Source: Camelus ferus
Taxonomy: Eukaryota
Direction: 5' to 3'
Assembly: GCF_009834535.1 (NCBI RefSeq)
Contig: NC_045696.1
Coordinates: 13,828,001-13,892,000, forward strand
Length of the DNA stretch: 64,000 nucleotides
Shown one piece after another: positions 51,264 through 63,362 of the stretch. A model generated the notes under the pieces. The model made no database searches and was not told the DNA's origin. It saw only the letters and a list, made by a program, of their open reading frames with translations. Position numbers and translations under genes: made by a program. Position 1 is the first letter of the stretch. Each line of letters opens with the position of its first letter.

Positions 51264-53809
51264 GCTGACTTAAGTGTAGATTCTAAGCAGATTACCAGCA
51301 TTTAGTGGTCTTTCCAGTCTGTGCTCGGCTTCTAGAAGTTTTTAGTGATGAGTGTTGCCTTCCAGTGCAGGCTCTATTCCAGCTCAGTATTTCAAAATTG
51401 TTGATAAACATGACTCAGTTACTTGGAAGTCAGGGAAGATGGCTCCTTACATCCATCGAAAAGCACCCACTGAACCTCTAAAACAAAGAAAATTGTGGCC
51501 TTATTTACCATTCAGCAAACCATGCATTTAGAAAAACAGTATTCCAAACTTCATTCAACTTCATTGGAATACTTCAAGTATTAAAATACTTGAAATTCTG
51601 CAGATAGATTAATGTTTATTTCATCTGGCAAGTTAATTTAAGGTAGGCCACATTTATGATCCAATAAAGGGTTTTTTAAGTGTGTTATATATAGCCTTTA
51701 ATGTACATACAAGGCTCATTAAAAATTACTGTGCTTAGTACATTTAAATATTTGTAATAAACTTCTCACACGGGACAGTTTAGATTGTGGTCCAGGGGCA
51801 CCAGAGTGAGAGTTAACTAGGCTTGAGTTCTTGGACGTCTTTCAGAACAAAACTAGCTTCAGATGGTTTTTGCCCTCCGGGGGAAAGCTCAGTGGGCCCA
51901 AGTGTAGTGTATTGTTTTTTGATTACCTACCACTCCATTTGTAGCCCGAGGGCCCCAGAGCTCTGGCCTTACATTAGAAGCCCCTCCAGGACCATCTCAA
52001 GATCAATGCTTTGATCACCATAGTCATTCACTGCAGGAAATTAAACCAGACTCCTGGGGACCAAGCCACCATCAGCTGCAGCCTCTGGGAGATAGGAAAC
52101 TGAAAGCAGGCCCACTTCACACATTCTGCTGAACACATACAGACTTGGCAAAATGAAAGAACTATGCTGATGACTGTTTCTGTTTCCTGAGAAAGATTTC
52201 TAAAAAACTATTTCACTCAGTAGTAAGAGGTGTTCTAAGTTTAATCTGGTAAGTACACCTGTGATCATTACAAAACTTACTGTGATCTACTGTAAATCCA
52301 AACATTAAGTAAATACAGAATAGTACTTGTAAATACCAAGATAAATAAAATTTAAAATATTTTTGTCACTGTCTCCTGTGATTTAATAAAATATGAAGTC
52401 TAGAGGGAGATACTTTGTTCTCGAGAATTTTAACATATATTATTACATCGGTTTCCTAACATACAGTGTCAGGGTGCACATAGCTCATTCCAAGAGGAAA
52501 CAAGAACAGTTAATAACTCTACTGTAAAAGCTGACAAGATTGATGGTGGAAGAGCGTTTTTTTAATCCGGGTGATAACACTGCACATTCAATGCCCCGCT
52601 GTCCGTGAAGCAATGGTGACAAGGCACAGAACTGCTAAGGGAGGTGTTATTCTCAGCTTTTTATTTAACTTTCAGTCTTCTTTTCTTGTTATCTTTGTTG
52701 ATTAGTAGTTACTGAACTCCTGCAGGGGCGTTGGCCCTGTGCTTGAAGCAATGCCATACTGAGTGATGGAAGAACAGCGATGGACCGTTTCCCATGTTTA
52801 CCTTTGAAATTCCTTTGTTGTGTCTGGTTGCAGCCACATTGATTTTGTCTCTGTCCTCCAAGAAATAACTCTCTTAGAATGTCATTAATGAATTTGTTTC
52901 CATAAAACCAGAGAAAGTCATACAAAAATTCAGGTAAAGGACTGAGTACTTTGTACCCACAAAACATTATTTTTTTAATGACAGTTGTTTTAATTTACTC
53001 TTTAGGTGTTTAGTCTATTTGTATCGGTCTGCCTATGGTGTCTTTTATTGCTTATTAAAGTCATCGCTGGATATGATCAGTAGTAGGGAGTTATCAGTTG
53101 TCTAAAGCAGTATAATGCTCTTGCTTTATTTTGGTTGTTCTTTTTTAGATATTTTGTCAGTCAATTATTATTCTTTCCATTTGGGTCCCAAGGGAAGAAT
53201 ATGGAACAGTTCCTGGCATGAAAGAGTTTCCAGCTGAGGGAGTAACAGGAATTCTCTAAAGGTAGAAATGGGAAGCAGAGCGAGAGAAGAATATTCTGGC
53301 TTCAGGAACGGCGTCAGTGACTCTGATGCAACGTGGAAAAAATATTGTTTTGTATCCTGTTGGTTTTTACCACAAGCTCAACATTTTCAAAAGGGTAATG
53401 ATTTAACTAAAAACGGATTGGGACTATGTATGAAGAAGTGAAACTGCTAACAACATGCAGACGATCGAGCTTCTGTTGCAGAAAAATCTTACTCCGTACC
53501 ATCTAAACACCTTCCTTGACACCTAGGTTATGTCAGTTTCACAAAATTTGAAATTAATGCTTGTTCCTAAGATACTGAAAATGTATAATATTTTACAAAG
53601 TCCAGTGAGATATGCCTAATTTCTTTCTAGCATTTATTCCTGAGTTATAAATAAACCGTCCAAGCAACTACGCTTTGTTCTCTGATTGTAGCCTCAACAG
53701 ACTCACAACAATAAGATATATACCAGGCCAAGGATTTTCAGTTGAATTATTTATACAGACCTTCCATAAGACGCAGAGACTTTCCCCACATTTGAGCTGA
53801 TCTAGTGAC

Positions 53810-53810
<1 letters not shown>

Positions 53811-53847
<37 letters not shown>
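53811..53847. repeat. (AAT)n microsatellite
   Basis: About 12 AAT units. Confidence 0.95.
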
Positions 53848-53879
53848 TAATCAGTTAATCAGAGTTTACAGCCCTAACT

Positions 53880-54097
53880 CCGAAGTCCAACTCACTGGAT
53901 TAAAATCCTGACTCCCATTTACTATCTGTATTATCCTGGATAACTTACTTAACTTATCTGTATATTCATCTTCACTGAAAAAAAAAAATGAAAATCTTCA
54001 TTCTCACTGAAAACAAGTGGAAATTAAAAAATCATACTTATTCAATAAGGTAGCTTGAGTTTAAAATGATGACGTATACACACACAGTGCTTGGTAA
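53880..54097 (+). mobile_element. MIR SINE fragment
   Basis: ctggattaaaatcctgactccc...cctggataacttacttaacttatctgt...cacagtgcttgg. Confidence 0.6.
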
Positions 54098-54107
54098 ATA
54101 ATTAAAA

Positions 54108-54392
54108 TCAGACCTGCAGACTTAGTAAACAATCTTATGGTTATTGGGGAAAAGGGGTGGGAAGGGATAAATTTGGGAGTTTGAGATTTACAAATGTTAG
54201 CCACTGCATATAAAACTAGATTTTAAAAAAGTTTATTTTGTACAGCACAGGGAACTATGTTCAATATCTTGTAATAACCTTCAATGGAAAAAAATATGAA
54301 AATGAATATATGTATGTATATGCATGACTGGGACATTGTGCTGTACACCAGAGATTGATACACTGTAATTGACTGTACTTCAATTAAAAAAT
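54108..54392 (+). mobile_element. 5'-truncated L1 3' end
   Basis: gggaagggataaatttgggagtttgagattt...cagcacagggaactatgttcaatatcttgta...gctgtacaccagagattgatacactgtaattgactgtacttcaatt; homologous to the copy at 34.7-35.1 kb. Confidence 0.9.
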
Positions 54393-54429
54393 CAAATTAA
54401 TAAGAGGTATTTTATGGTTCTTATCACAG

Positions 54430-55330
54430 TATTGCATAAGCAAGGAAATGTTCTGTAAATTCACTATCCTTGGCTTCTAGGACAAAAGCATGCCATTAAG
54501 CTCTCCACGTTTTGAAGAGCCTGGGGTAAGCAACGTCAATACACAAATCCTACCAAAGCCTTTCCATTCAGGCGAGAAGAAATTCCTAGATCTATGGAGA
54601 ATGTTCTGGAGCAGGTACCGCTGAATCATTTCTGCAGTTTTGAGAGTACCGCATAGACTGTCTGGGTCATGTTCCATAATACGTATGTCCTTTGCACCTA
54701 TCATCAATGATTTTTCTTGATCTCTGTCCTAAAATGTAAATTCAGTAGATTGTCTACCAAGCATCTAATCCCATCACTAAGCCATTCGCTAGCCCTTTAC
54801 CAAGAGTCTTTAGGAGCTCCAACATGCTCCATTTTGGGTTAGATTAGATACTGGTTCCTTCTTCAGCTACCTTCATCTTAGAGGAGTGGTCACGTCCAGC
54901 CTGGAAAGGATGAGTGGCCCAGATGAGTTGAACTCTCCCCAGACACTCCCTCCTTGAGTCACATTCATAACAGTCTGCACTGTGAGTGAGTTTCATTTGT
55001 CCACATTATTGACTGGCTGTGACTGGAGTTCTCTGAAGCTGTCATGCAGATGCAGTCCCCTTACCACTGCCAGTGCCACATTGCTGCCGTCACTGCTGTG
55101 GCCGGGAGCTCTGTGTCAACGTTTCTTTCTGCACGGATACTCTGATGTTGTGACTACCATATGGTCTGTTGCTGTGGATGGGATCAAAGAGTGTTCATTC
55201 AGCTTCTTCCGGACCCGCCTCAGCTACCTCTCAATTCCATCCCTCTACAGAAGGACCCATGCAAGTAGTGGTTTATAGATTTTAGGCTTCATTCTTCTCT
55301 TTGGGGATGACCTCTGTCTAACCTATTCAC
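54430..55330 (-). mobile_element. ERVL/MaLR internal remnant (pol RNase H-like trace)
   Basis: The minus strand at about 54820-54755 reads DSW.../GLANGLVMGLDAW*, resembling ERVL RNase H TDSWAVANGLAGWSGTW. Boundaries are approximate. Confidence 0.4.
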
Positions 55331-55599
55331 AGAGATGACAAGCAAATAAACCAACATTAGCTCTGTCATCCACTCGGAATACTTGCCAGCCCACTTCCAC
55401 AAAGCATGGCCTGTACTTTTTACGCATTTCCCTTAGTATGAAGTGCTACTTGCATCTTTCCAGATACAAAACAGCTAATCTCTCATTTTTTGGATGAATT
55501 GCTTTTCTAATATGTCACAGATTTCTGGATTTATCTACAAATCTCTGCCTCCACCCTTCACTTTGAGTCTCTGAGCTAGCTAATTTTGTTGCTAAATCT

Positions 55600-55835
55600 C
55601 ACTGAGCATTTCCTAGACACAAGGTCACGTGCTGAGCACTTCCAAATTATTAATTTTTTAAGCCTCACAGTGGCCCTATCATTATCATCATCTCAACTTT
55701 GAAGCTGAGGAAATCGAAGTGGAGAGTGGTTAAAAGAAACCTGCACATGGTCACACAACTGGAATTCAAACAGCCTTCACCAGCACAGCTAAGATCAGAC
55801 CTGAAGAAATCTGACTTCAGAGTCCATGCTTTTAG
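55600..55835 (-). mobile_element. MIR SINE
   Basis: gctgagcacttcc...cctcaca...tgaggaaatcgaagt...ggtcacacaact...tctgacttcagagtccatgct. Confidence 0.7.
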
Positions 55836-56980
55836 GTAGTACCTAATGTCACCCTGAATAAAAGATCCAGTTAAGAGCACACCCACAGCTTCCCAACAGC
55901 TGAGCTGTTCTAAACACAATTAATGCATCTTCACAACATTGAGACTCCATGGTTTCATGATAATCACACTGAGTGTGTTCCCATCTTCTGCCGAGTACCA
56001 CCTGTGTGTTCTTTTATTCTGGTCCATACTATACAAATAATGGAAAAGGAACATGTTCTCTTTTTTTTCTTCCAAATAGTTATACTTTTTATCCAGTGGG
56101 GTGGGGAGGTGGGGGGAACCTGTAACATTAAATCCACAAAAGTGTTGAATACAAATAATAGTATGACAATGATTTGTAATGTAAATAAATTTATTTAATA
56201 CAAAGAACATTTTCCTAAATTAAAAAAAAAAACACTTAAATAGTGAAAAGAGGAAAAAGAATAGCAGAAAGGTAGTGAATATGCTGAACCTGAACTTCTC
56301 ATTTTCAAACATCTCTGGCTGCTCTGGTTATGGAGCTCTTGGAGGTGAAATTCAAAATTCTCTTACACTTTTCAAGAGTAGAGTCAATCTCATGTTAACA
56401 AAAAGTGCTGTGATACACCAGATAAAACAGTGATGGAGAGAGAGTAGACACAGATTTGAGTTGTGGTTCTGATGTTAGCTGGGCGAGCAACCTTTGATAG
56501 AGTTGAACCCATCAGATTCACATAGATGGGCTTCAAAGCGTCTTTAAACTTCAACACTGTATGGATTTCTGATATTAGCAGCCCGTTCGACCTTTATCTA
56601 TGGTAAATAACATGTCATTTTACAATAAGCCAGATTCAATGCTAAATGCTTCCATTGATAATAAGCGGTAGCCGAAATGTGATGTGGACATTTAAAACAG
56701 CCACGCTAGTCCCCGGTTGCAACTTTCATTGCTCTTTAATAAGCAGTGTCCTAGTGACCTAAAATAGTTAACGTACTTTCCTATTTCAGCTTACCACCAG
56801 AAATGCCCCCAGAAAGTAAAAAAAAGGAAACATTCTTCTCTTTGGAGACAGAGAAGTCACGTTCATTCACTCACAAACACCTGCAAAATAACTTAGAGAA
56901 AAAAAAAAAGTTCCTAGATATTTCAAATCTCAATTTATCCAAATTAGAATATGATTCTCGCTACACATTTTTCACATTGT

Positions 56981-57601
56981 TCATTCACTAGGCAACTGCA
57001 AACCACCAGTAACACAGCAAGTTGGCTCATAAGTGTTAGAAGAAGATTCCAGGAGTTGTGGCCTCTGTGCTACGCAGACCAGAGAGCTACAGGAACTGGA
57101 TTCGGGGCTCTGAGATTGGCACTGGCTAGATTCACATGCCACAGTTTGGCAAGTCTTAGAGACATAAATCTTGGGTGGACAACACTTTGCCATGTTACTT
57201 ACAGGTTGGCAGCTCTGGACTACAACACCCATTTGCTGGCTACTTCTTGACTGACAAGGCTGAGACACACCCTCTGACACCGCTGAGGAGCTTCCCGATT
57301 GACATGGTGTCCTTTCACAGGGCCTGGAATTAGAACAAGTCGTTTGGACAACTCGGGGGAGGCAGGCAGTTTGCACACAGCTATCCCCTGTGGACAGTCC
57401 CTGTTCACAGTTGGGTACTTTGCAGCTGGTGGTTTCATGACAGGTTTCTTGAAAGTTGTCCAGGAGCCAGGTCCTACTGTGGCAGCTGCTGGGAAAAAAA
57501 AATCCATCTTCAAAGTTTATAGCTTTCGATTCATGTATGATGGCAGAGAGTGGTGGGACACTGTAGAAGCTCTTGAGTGGGTGGCTGTGGCTCTGGGTCA
57601 T
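56981..57601 (-). CDS. KRTAP27-1: Keratin-associated protein 27-1 (206 aa, single exon)
   Basis: Intact ORF. PPLSAI, HSRTWLLDNFQETC.ETTSC, SNSRPCERT.CQS, SQPCQS..QQMG, PQLLESS and EPTCCVTGG.QLPS match KAP27-1 as recalled. TATA box upstream. Confidence 0.95.
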   Translation of the reverse strand: MTQSHSHPLKSFYSVPPLSAIIHESKAINFEDGFFFPSSCHSRTWLLDNFQETCHETTSCKVPNCEQGLSTGDSCVQTACLPRVVQTTCSNSRPCERTPCQSGSSSAVSEGVSQPCQSRSSQQMGVVVQSCQPVSNMAKCCPPKIYVSKTCQTVACESSQCQSQSPESSSCSSLVCVAQRPQLLESSSNTYEPTCCVTGGLQLPSE

Positions 57602-57680
57602 ATTGTTAAAACCCTTGATTGAAGTTGATTACAAGGACCCAACACGCTGGGTCTGAAGATTAAATTTGTTACCAAGGAGA

Positions 57681-57809
57681 TTATATACTCAGAAAACTGG
57701 GTGTTGGCCTCTTCTCAAGACTCTTTTCTACCTCATTGCTTGAGCTAATTTGAAGGCTAACATCTCATTAGCACTTTGTTACATATGACAATGACATCTT
57801 ATCCATAAA
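57681..57809 (-). promoter_or_regulatory. KRTAP27-1 proximal promoter
   Basis: TATATAA at 57681-57687, CTAATGAGATGTTA at 57758-57771, a LEF/SOX-like CTTTGTT at 57774-57780 (+), TTTATGG at 57803-57809. Confidence 0.7.
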
Positions 57810-58889
57810 GAAGCCAGTCCATTTTGAATCTTCAAAATAGCTTTCATGTTAGTCCCAAGGCTGATTCATCAAGGTGGAGCTTGTCTAATACGAGTCCCAA
57901 CATGTCACCAAGCTAATTTTTTTCCCCTTAGTCACCATGACTTGTCATATTGGTAAAGGGACAATAAGAAATGTGTGTGAAGATGGCCAATTGAAATTGA
58001 TTAATATTCAGCATTGGAGTTTTGAGAAATGCCACCATGGCAAAACCTGATATGATCAAGATGTTTTTAGTAAGAACTGATCTGATTGAGCCTGACCCTC
58101 ATTCTCCTTCTTACTTTTTACCCAAAGTACCAAAAGTGGCCATTGTCCTATAAACATCTGTCCCTTGGTCTAACATTTTGTTCCCCTCATTTTATTGAAT
58201 GCCAAATTTAAATGTCACCTCATTATAAAGTTTTTGCTGTTGAGATGTTATTACTTATTCCTCTGAATCACCAATGGGTTTTGACACATTCTTTATTATG
58301 TTTGCATTTTACACCAAGTAGTGTGTTTACTTACACTTCTGCTTGAAAATTTGCCCTAGGAACAAACTTGTTTCAGATCTGCTTTTCATTTTTGTTTATT
58401 CAGTGTTTTGTTTTTGGACTGCAGAGTGATGAACTCCTACACTTATCACATTAGCATGCTGCATTTCTCACAGTTTCATACTCATAGCACAGGACCTGCC
58501 AGCACAATTTCTATAACACATTCTATAATTTATTTAGCTCAGCTTTTGACAGTGAAACACCAGAAGCATATTTTTAGCACAGCACTCTGATCTCCCTCTC
58601 TTGGGTCGGAAGCAAATCAGGAACATTCAGGAACTTTGAACAGCTCTTACTTGCACAGGGTCCTCCTTGATATGTGATGCACTGGGGACATTATATATTT
58701 AAAAGGACACCTCTGAATATGTTCAACTTAACAAGCTGTACACTCAACTTGTGTGTAAGGTCTTTGTAATGCATGCAAATCACTGATAATTTGAATGACC
58801 ACTCTGGTGTGATTGAAGATCCCATTATGCCCTCTCCATGAACCCTACAAAAGCCGATTTAATTCTTATGCATACTTGGAGTTATCATT

Positions 58890-59320
58890 GCACAGAAGCT
58901 TCCACTGTAGCTCATGACTCTCCTGCTTAAATGTACTAAATGGATTCTCTTTGTCCTTAAAACAAAACCCAGTCCCCTTAGCTTGGACTATACCACCTTG
59001 TAAGACCTGGCTGCTGTCTATTTTTCTAACTCCAAATCTTGTCATTTCCATCTGCCTGGTGTGTTCTATTCCCCCAGAACTCTACGTACCTCCTCAAATA
59101 CATCAGGCTTTTCCTCATCTCAGTAGTTTGCACGTGCGGTTGCCTTTCTGCAAATAATTTTAGTTGTTTCTTCATTGGGTCTTTGCCACTACGCTGTGAG
59201 TTCCAGAAAGGCAAGAGGCATGGATATATTTCTCACTGTTGTACCCCCAACGCTGAGCACCGTGGCTGGCTGGCCTATCATAAGAGCTCCATAAATGTAT
59301 TTTGAAAAATGAATGAACAG
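58890..59320 (+). mobile_element. L2 3' fragment
   Basis: ctcctgcttaaa...ctgtgagttccagaaaggcaag...ctcactgttgtacccccaacgc...ccataaatgtattttgaaaaatgaatgaa. Confidence 0.7.
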
Positions 59321-60959
59321 AAAGTGCTAAGTAAAAATTCATTCAAACTCTAGTTACATGTCTGAAGGGATCCAGTTCTGAAAGCTGAACATACCCAAGA
59401 TTTCCAAGAATTGGCTAGAGTGCTGAACTTAAAGAAAAAGAATTAATAATAACCTTGCCTACCTTTCAACCACCCCTCTGTGAAATAAGAACAAAATCAT
59501 TAAGGAAGTCACTTATTAGCATGGCACAAGCTGAGTTAATTATTTTAAAATAACATTTGATTGCACATCAGCATGTTTTTAAAAAGCTTTTACCACGAAA
59601 AAGGGCACCACTTTTCACTGTCAGCACAGAGCCCTGTTGCCGAATTCTGAGGGGCAAAGGCAGGACAACAGTCACACAGTTGTCTCCAGCAGGCAGCCTC
59701 CTTATTAACCTCACGATGTGTAGTACATTAAGGAATACCTGTGCGGTTCCAAATCCCCAAACATCAGACAGTGTCATGTGTGAGTCGATCTGTCATTTGT
59801 GAATAAGTCAACGCCATGAGTATTTTTTCTCTTTGGGATAAGGCATTAACTTGCACATTCTATTTAACTGAGTGCCGAATTAACAGGTATTTGAGCCTAC
59901 AGCTTTGATTTAATGAATAAATACAGATTTTGTCTGGTGCTGAATTAATGGAGGGAGTTACCTGGCTTATTGCAACGGAATGATGTAGGCTAGGACACTG
60001 GTCACCTTGTAATTGCTTTTCATTCAACCTACTAAAAACTAAGTATTAGTTTTGTAGGCACTTGAATAATGATTAATATGCAGTCTATCTCCTAGTATTC
60101 TTGAGGAATAGGTAGAAATAGTTACCTGATTGCTTAGGGGTGACTAGGTATGTGTTAGTAGATGGTTGAACAACAGTTTCCTGGTCTTGAGGTATACATG
60201 ATTGCAGCTGCAATGGCACCTCCTAACCACCAGAGGGTGGAATATCAACATTTGCCATGGACTGCCAGGATTCTAAGCCTGATCTACAATCACAAACTAT
60301 AACCTTCCATTTCTGTGACTTGGTTTCTTCCCTTTTAAAATAAAAACTATGAGTTTCAACCTCAAAAATTTGTTTTAATTATTAAATGAGATGATATATA
60401 TTAGGTACCAGGTTGCCTGCCACATATTGAGTGATAGATGAATAAAAGTAGTGATTATTTTTGATCAGCTTAAGGATTAACATGCAGACCAAGATACTGT
60501 TCCTGTCAATATCAGTCTTGGATTGATATAAAACTATAAGGTAAATCAAACATGGTATCTTTTTTTTGTGTTGGGATATTTGTGTCTATAAAGGTTGCAC
60601 ATTTCATCCTTTTAAGGGTTGGGTTGTACTTACCATTATCATTAAAGACCTAGCCAGCCTGTTGCCACCTCTCAAGAGCTTGGCACTTGGTGACTTTAAG
60701 CTTGAATACTTAATATTGCTTTTATATTTGATTATGTGGCTATGGTGGACTTCTGATCACTTATTCAACTATATTAAAATTTTTAAAAACTCAAAAAATT
60801 AGAGTCACTCTTCATTAACATAATTCAACTCATTTCCCCCAAATTTATTTCTTCTATCCTAGCCTTAGTTTTATTGCACCGACCAAACTTATGCCAAAGC
60901 ACCTACATTAATTTAAATTCATTCCTCTTTTCCAACCAAGAAGTCACTCATATAAATAC

Positions 60960-61140
60960 AGTGCATAGCAATGGAATATTAGGCCAGGAGTGAAAAAAAC
61001 CTAGCTTCCAGCCCTGTTGGTTCTATTAATTCACTGCATGAATTTGGACGAGGCACTCTGCCTCTCTGGATAGCTTACAAGATAATGAGTTTAGATGAGA
61101 AGATCTCTAAGGTCCTTTCCAGCTGTCACATTCTGTGATT
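60960..61140 (+). mobile_element. MIR/MIR3 fragment
   Basis: ccaggagt...acctagcttccagccctg...ctctaaggtcctttccagct...attctgtgatt. Confidence 0.65.
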
Positions 61141-62430
61141 TTATATCAGAATCTTAATATCTTAGAGTTGAAAAGGACATTAAATGGTATCTTGTCAAAT
61201 CTACCTACTGAATGGAACCCACACTTTCCTTTAAGCCATCTAATCTTTATGAAGATTATTTATAAAAAAAAATTTTAAAGGACAGACAAAAGATTGAAGT
61301 CTATAGATGATTAATTCCCATGCATCCTGGTAGAAATTCACAACTTTAAATGTACTGTTCTACTGTATTTGAGAATAACTTGAATAATAAACAGAAAGTA
61401 TGCTTTCTGGACAAGAACACATTGGTCCACCTAGAAAGAGTGTGTTGAGTGGAATGACTAATTTCCTTTAGATACAACATTCTGTAAAATAACCCTTCTC
61501 AGACACTGTAACACACACACACACAAATTTAGGCTTTGGAGCACTCAAAATTTTGACATTGTGACCATAAGAGTGATCCTATGTGGAATATGGAAAAAAC
61601 CTCTTGCCAGCTTTCTGTTTCTGATGGTATATAGATTCTCTTAGAATAGGATAATAAAAGGATTCACTCGTGACAACGTTTCTTCTCTGAAACTCTCTCT
61701 AAATAATTTTGCTTCTTGGGATAATCCTTGGTTATTTACTATTCAATTACATCAGACTTTGTTCAAAGAACCAAAAAGAAAAAAAAATAGAGAAAATTTA
61801 AATGATTACACATTGTCTATGTAAACTTTAATGATTGGTAATTGGAATAAAGAATGAACCAGAGTATCTCGACCATCTGAGCACTGAATCCCGTATTTTC
61901 CACCCCCTTGTTCATTATATCTTGGATATGGAAGTGTCATGGTTTATTATAGTAATTATACAATTGCTTTTGTTCCTTTCCCTGGAGGAACTTGCTCTGG
62001 CCTGCCTCCGAGGTTAGCTTTAGGTGAAGTTATTCTTCTGCCTTTGAGTGATGCAAAAATGTGAATTTGTTTCTGAGTTCCTCCACTTCTCCCATGGGTA
62101 CTGAAGTTGTGATAATATGCCACTGAGATGTGCTAAATCATTTTTGATGATGGTCACAGATGACTGATGACGTTGATGGCAACCAGCTTATCTATAGAGT
62201 TCAACCAGTTAAAATGGGCGCATGTTCAACATCACTGACATAATACGTCCTGCAGACTGTCATCCTGGCTCTGTTTCATTCACTCATTTATTCAGTAAAC
62301 TTTTATTGAGGATTTACTACTTGCATGATTCTGTTAGTCAACATTCGTTGTATTCATTGAAAATATGACAAGGGTAAACAAACAGTGCTAATTAACCAAA
62401 ATAGTACTAAAAATTTTAAATAGTGACTTT

Positions 62431-62489
62431 GTAATTAACAAAAAATAAGCATATATAATGTAATAAACAAAAAATAAGCATATATAATG
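62431..62489. repeat. 29-bp tandem duplication
   Basis: gtaat(t/a)aacaaaaaataagcatatataat occurs twice. Confidence 0.9.
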
Positions 62490-62814
62490 CTGGCATTGTA
62501 TAGGAAATAATCAACTCTATTGATTTTGAAATCTATTTAAAAAGAGTGAAAGAATAGAAAATATTTCCATGGGTTTTGAAGATTAAGAGAGATATGGCAT
62601 TCCTTCTAGAGGTACTAGACTGTATCAGAGCTCAGTTCTGCACAATGTGTTCCGGAAAATAGGAGTAGGTAGCATTGACGGAGGGCATGTTGGTGGAGTG
62701 TGTGTATAGGGGGTGGTGAGAAGAGGGACTGGGAGAGGGTGAAGGTAGGCTGCAAAGAATCTTTAACATTATATTAAGGAGACTTTATTGGGAAGGGGGC
62801 TTCTTTCAGGTTTA

Positions 62815-63362
62815 AATGTGTCTCATTTAGAAAAACACCAGCTGCAAGTAACAGAAATAGTAATTCAAAATGGCTTAAGTAATACCGTTTATTAGCTCAT
62901 GTTTACTGAGGTCCAGAAATAAGATGGTCAGGGTTCTGTTCCTCGGCATTTCTCCTGGCTTTACTCTCTTCCATGTGATGGTTCAATTTTGAGGCCGTAT
63001 GCAAGATGCATGTAGTATTCTACATATAATATGACAAAAATCCAGAGGAAGACATGATTGCTTCAAAAAACTCCACAAGAAGAACTCTACCAGAAGCACC
63101 TCTCCAGATCACTCCTTGCTTCTCATTGATTTGAGTCAGATCACATGCTCCATTCTGAACCATTCACTTTCAATGGGGATTGGGGAGCCCCTGGGCTAGC
63201 CAGATTCAATCCTGAAACTCGGGCATAGCCACATTCATATAAAGGGCTGGTTAGGGGTGGATAAGAGGGGATACACAAGCAAAATCCAGTTCCTGTGGGA
63301 AGAAGAGGGAGAGAAAAGCTATTGTGAGGGCGATGAACAATAAGCTGCCCACATCCAACTAC
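62815..63362 (-). mobile_element. Old MaLR LTR (MLT1J/K/L-like)
   Basis: gctgcaagtaacagaaa...caaaatggcttaag...tttattagctcatg...gatcacatgctccattctgaaccattcact. Confidence 0.6.

Noticed and set aside
57299..57622. Antisense and alternate-frame ORFs over KRTAP27-1, with similar ones over KRTAP24-1 and KRTAP26-1
   Set aside because: By-products of overlapping a GC-richer coding sequence.
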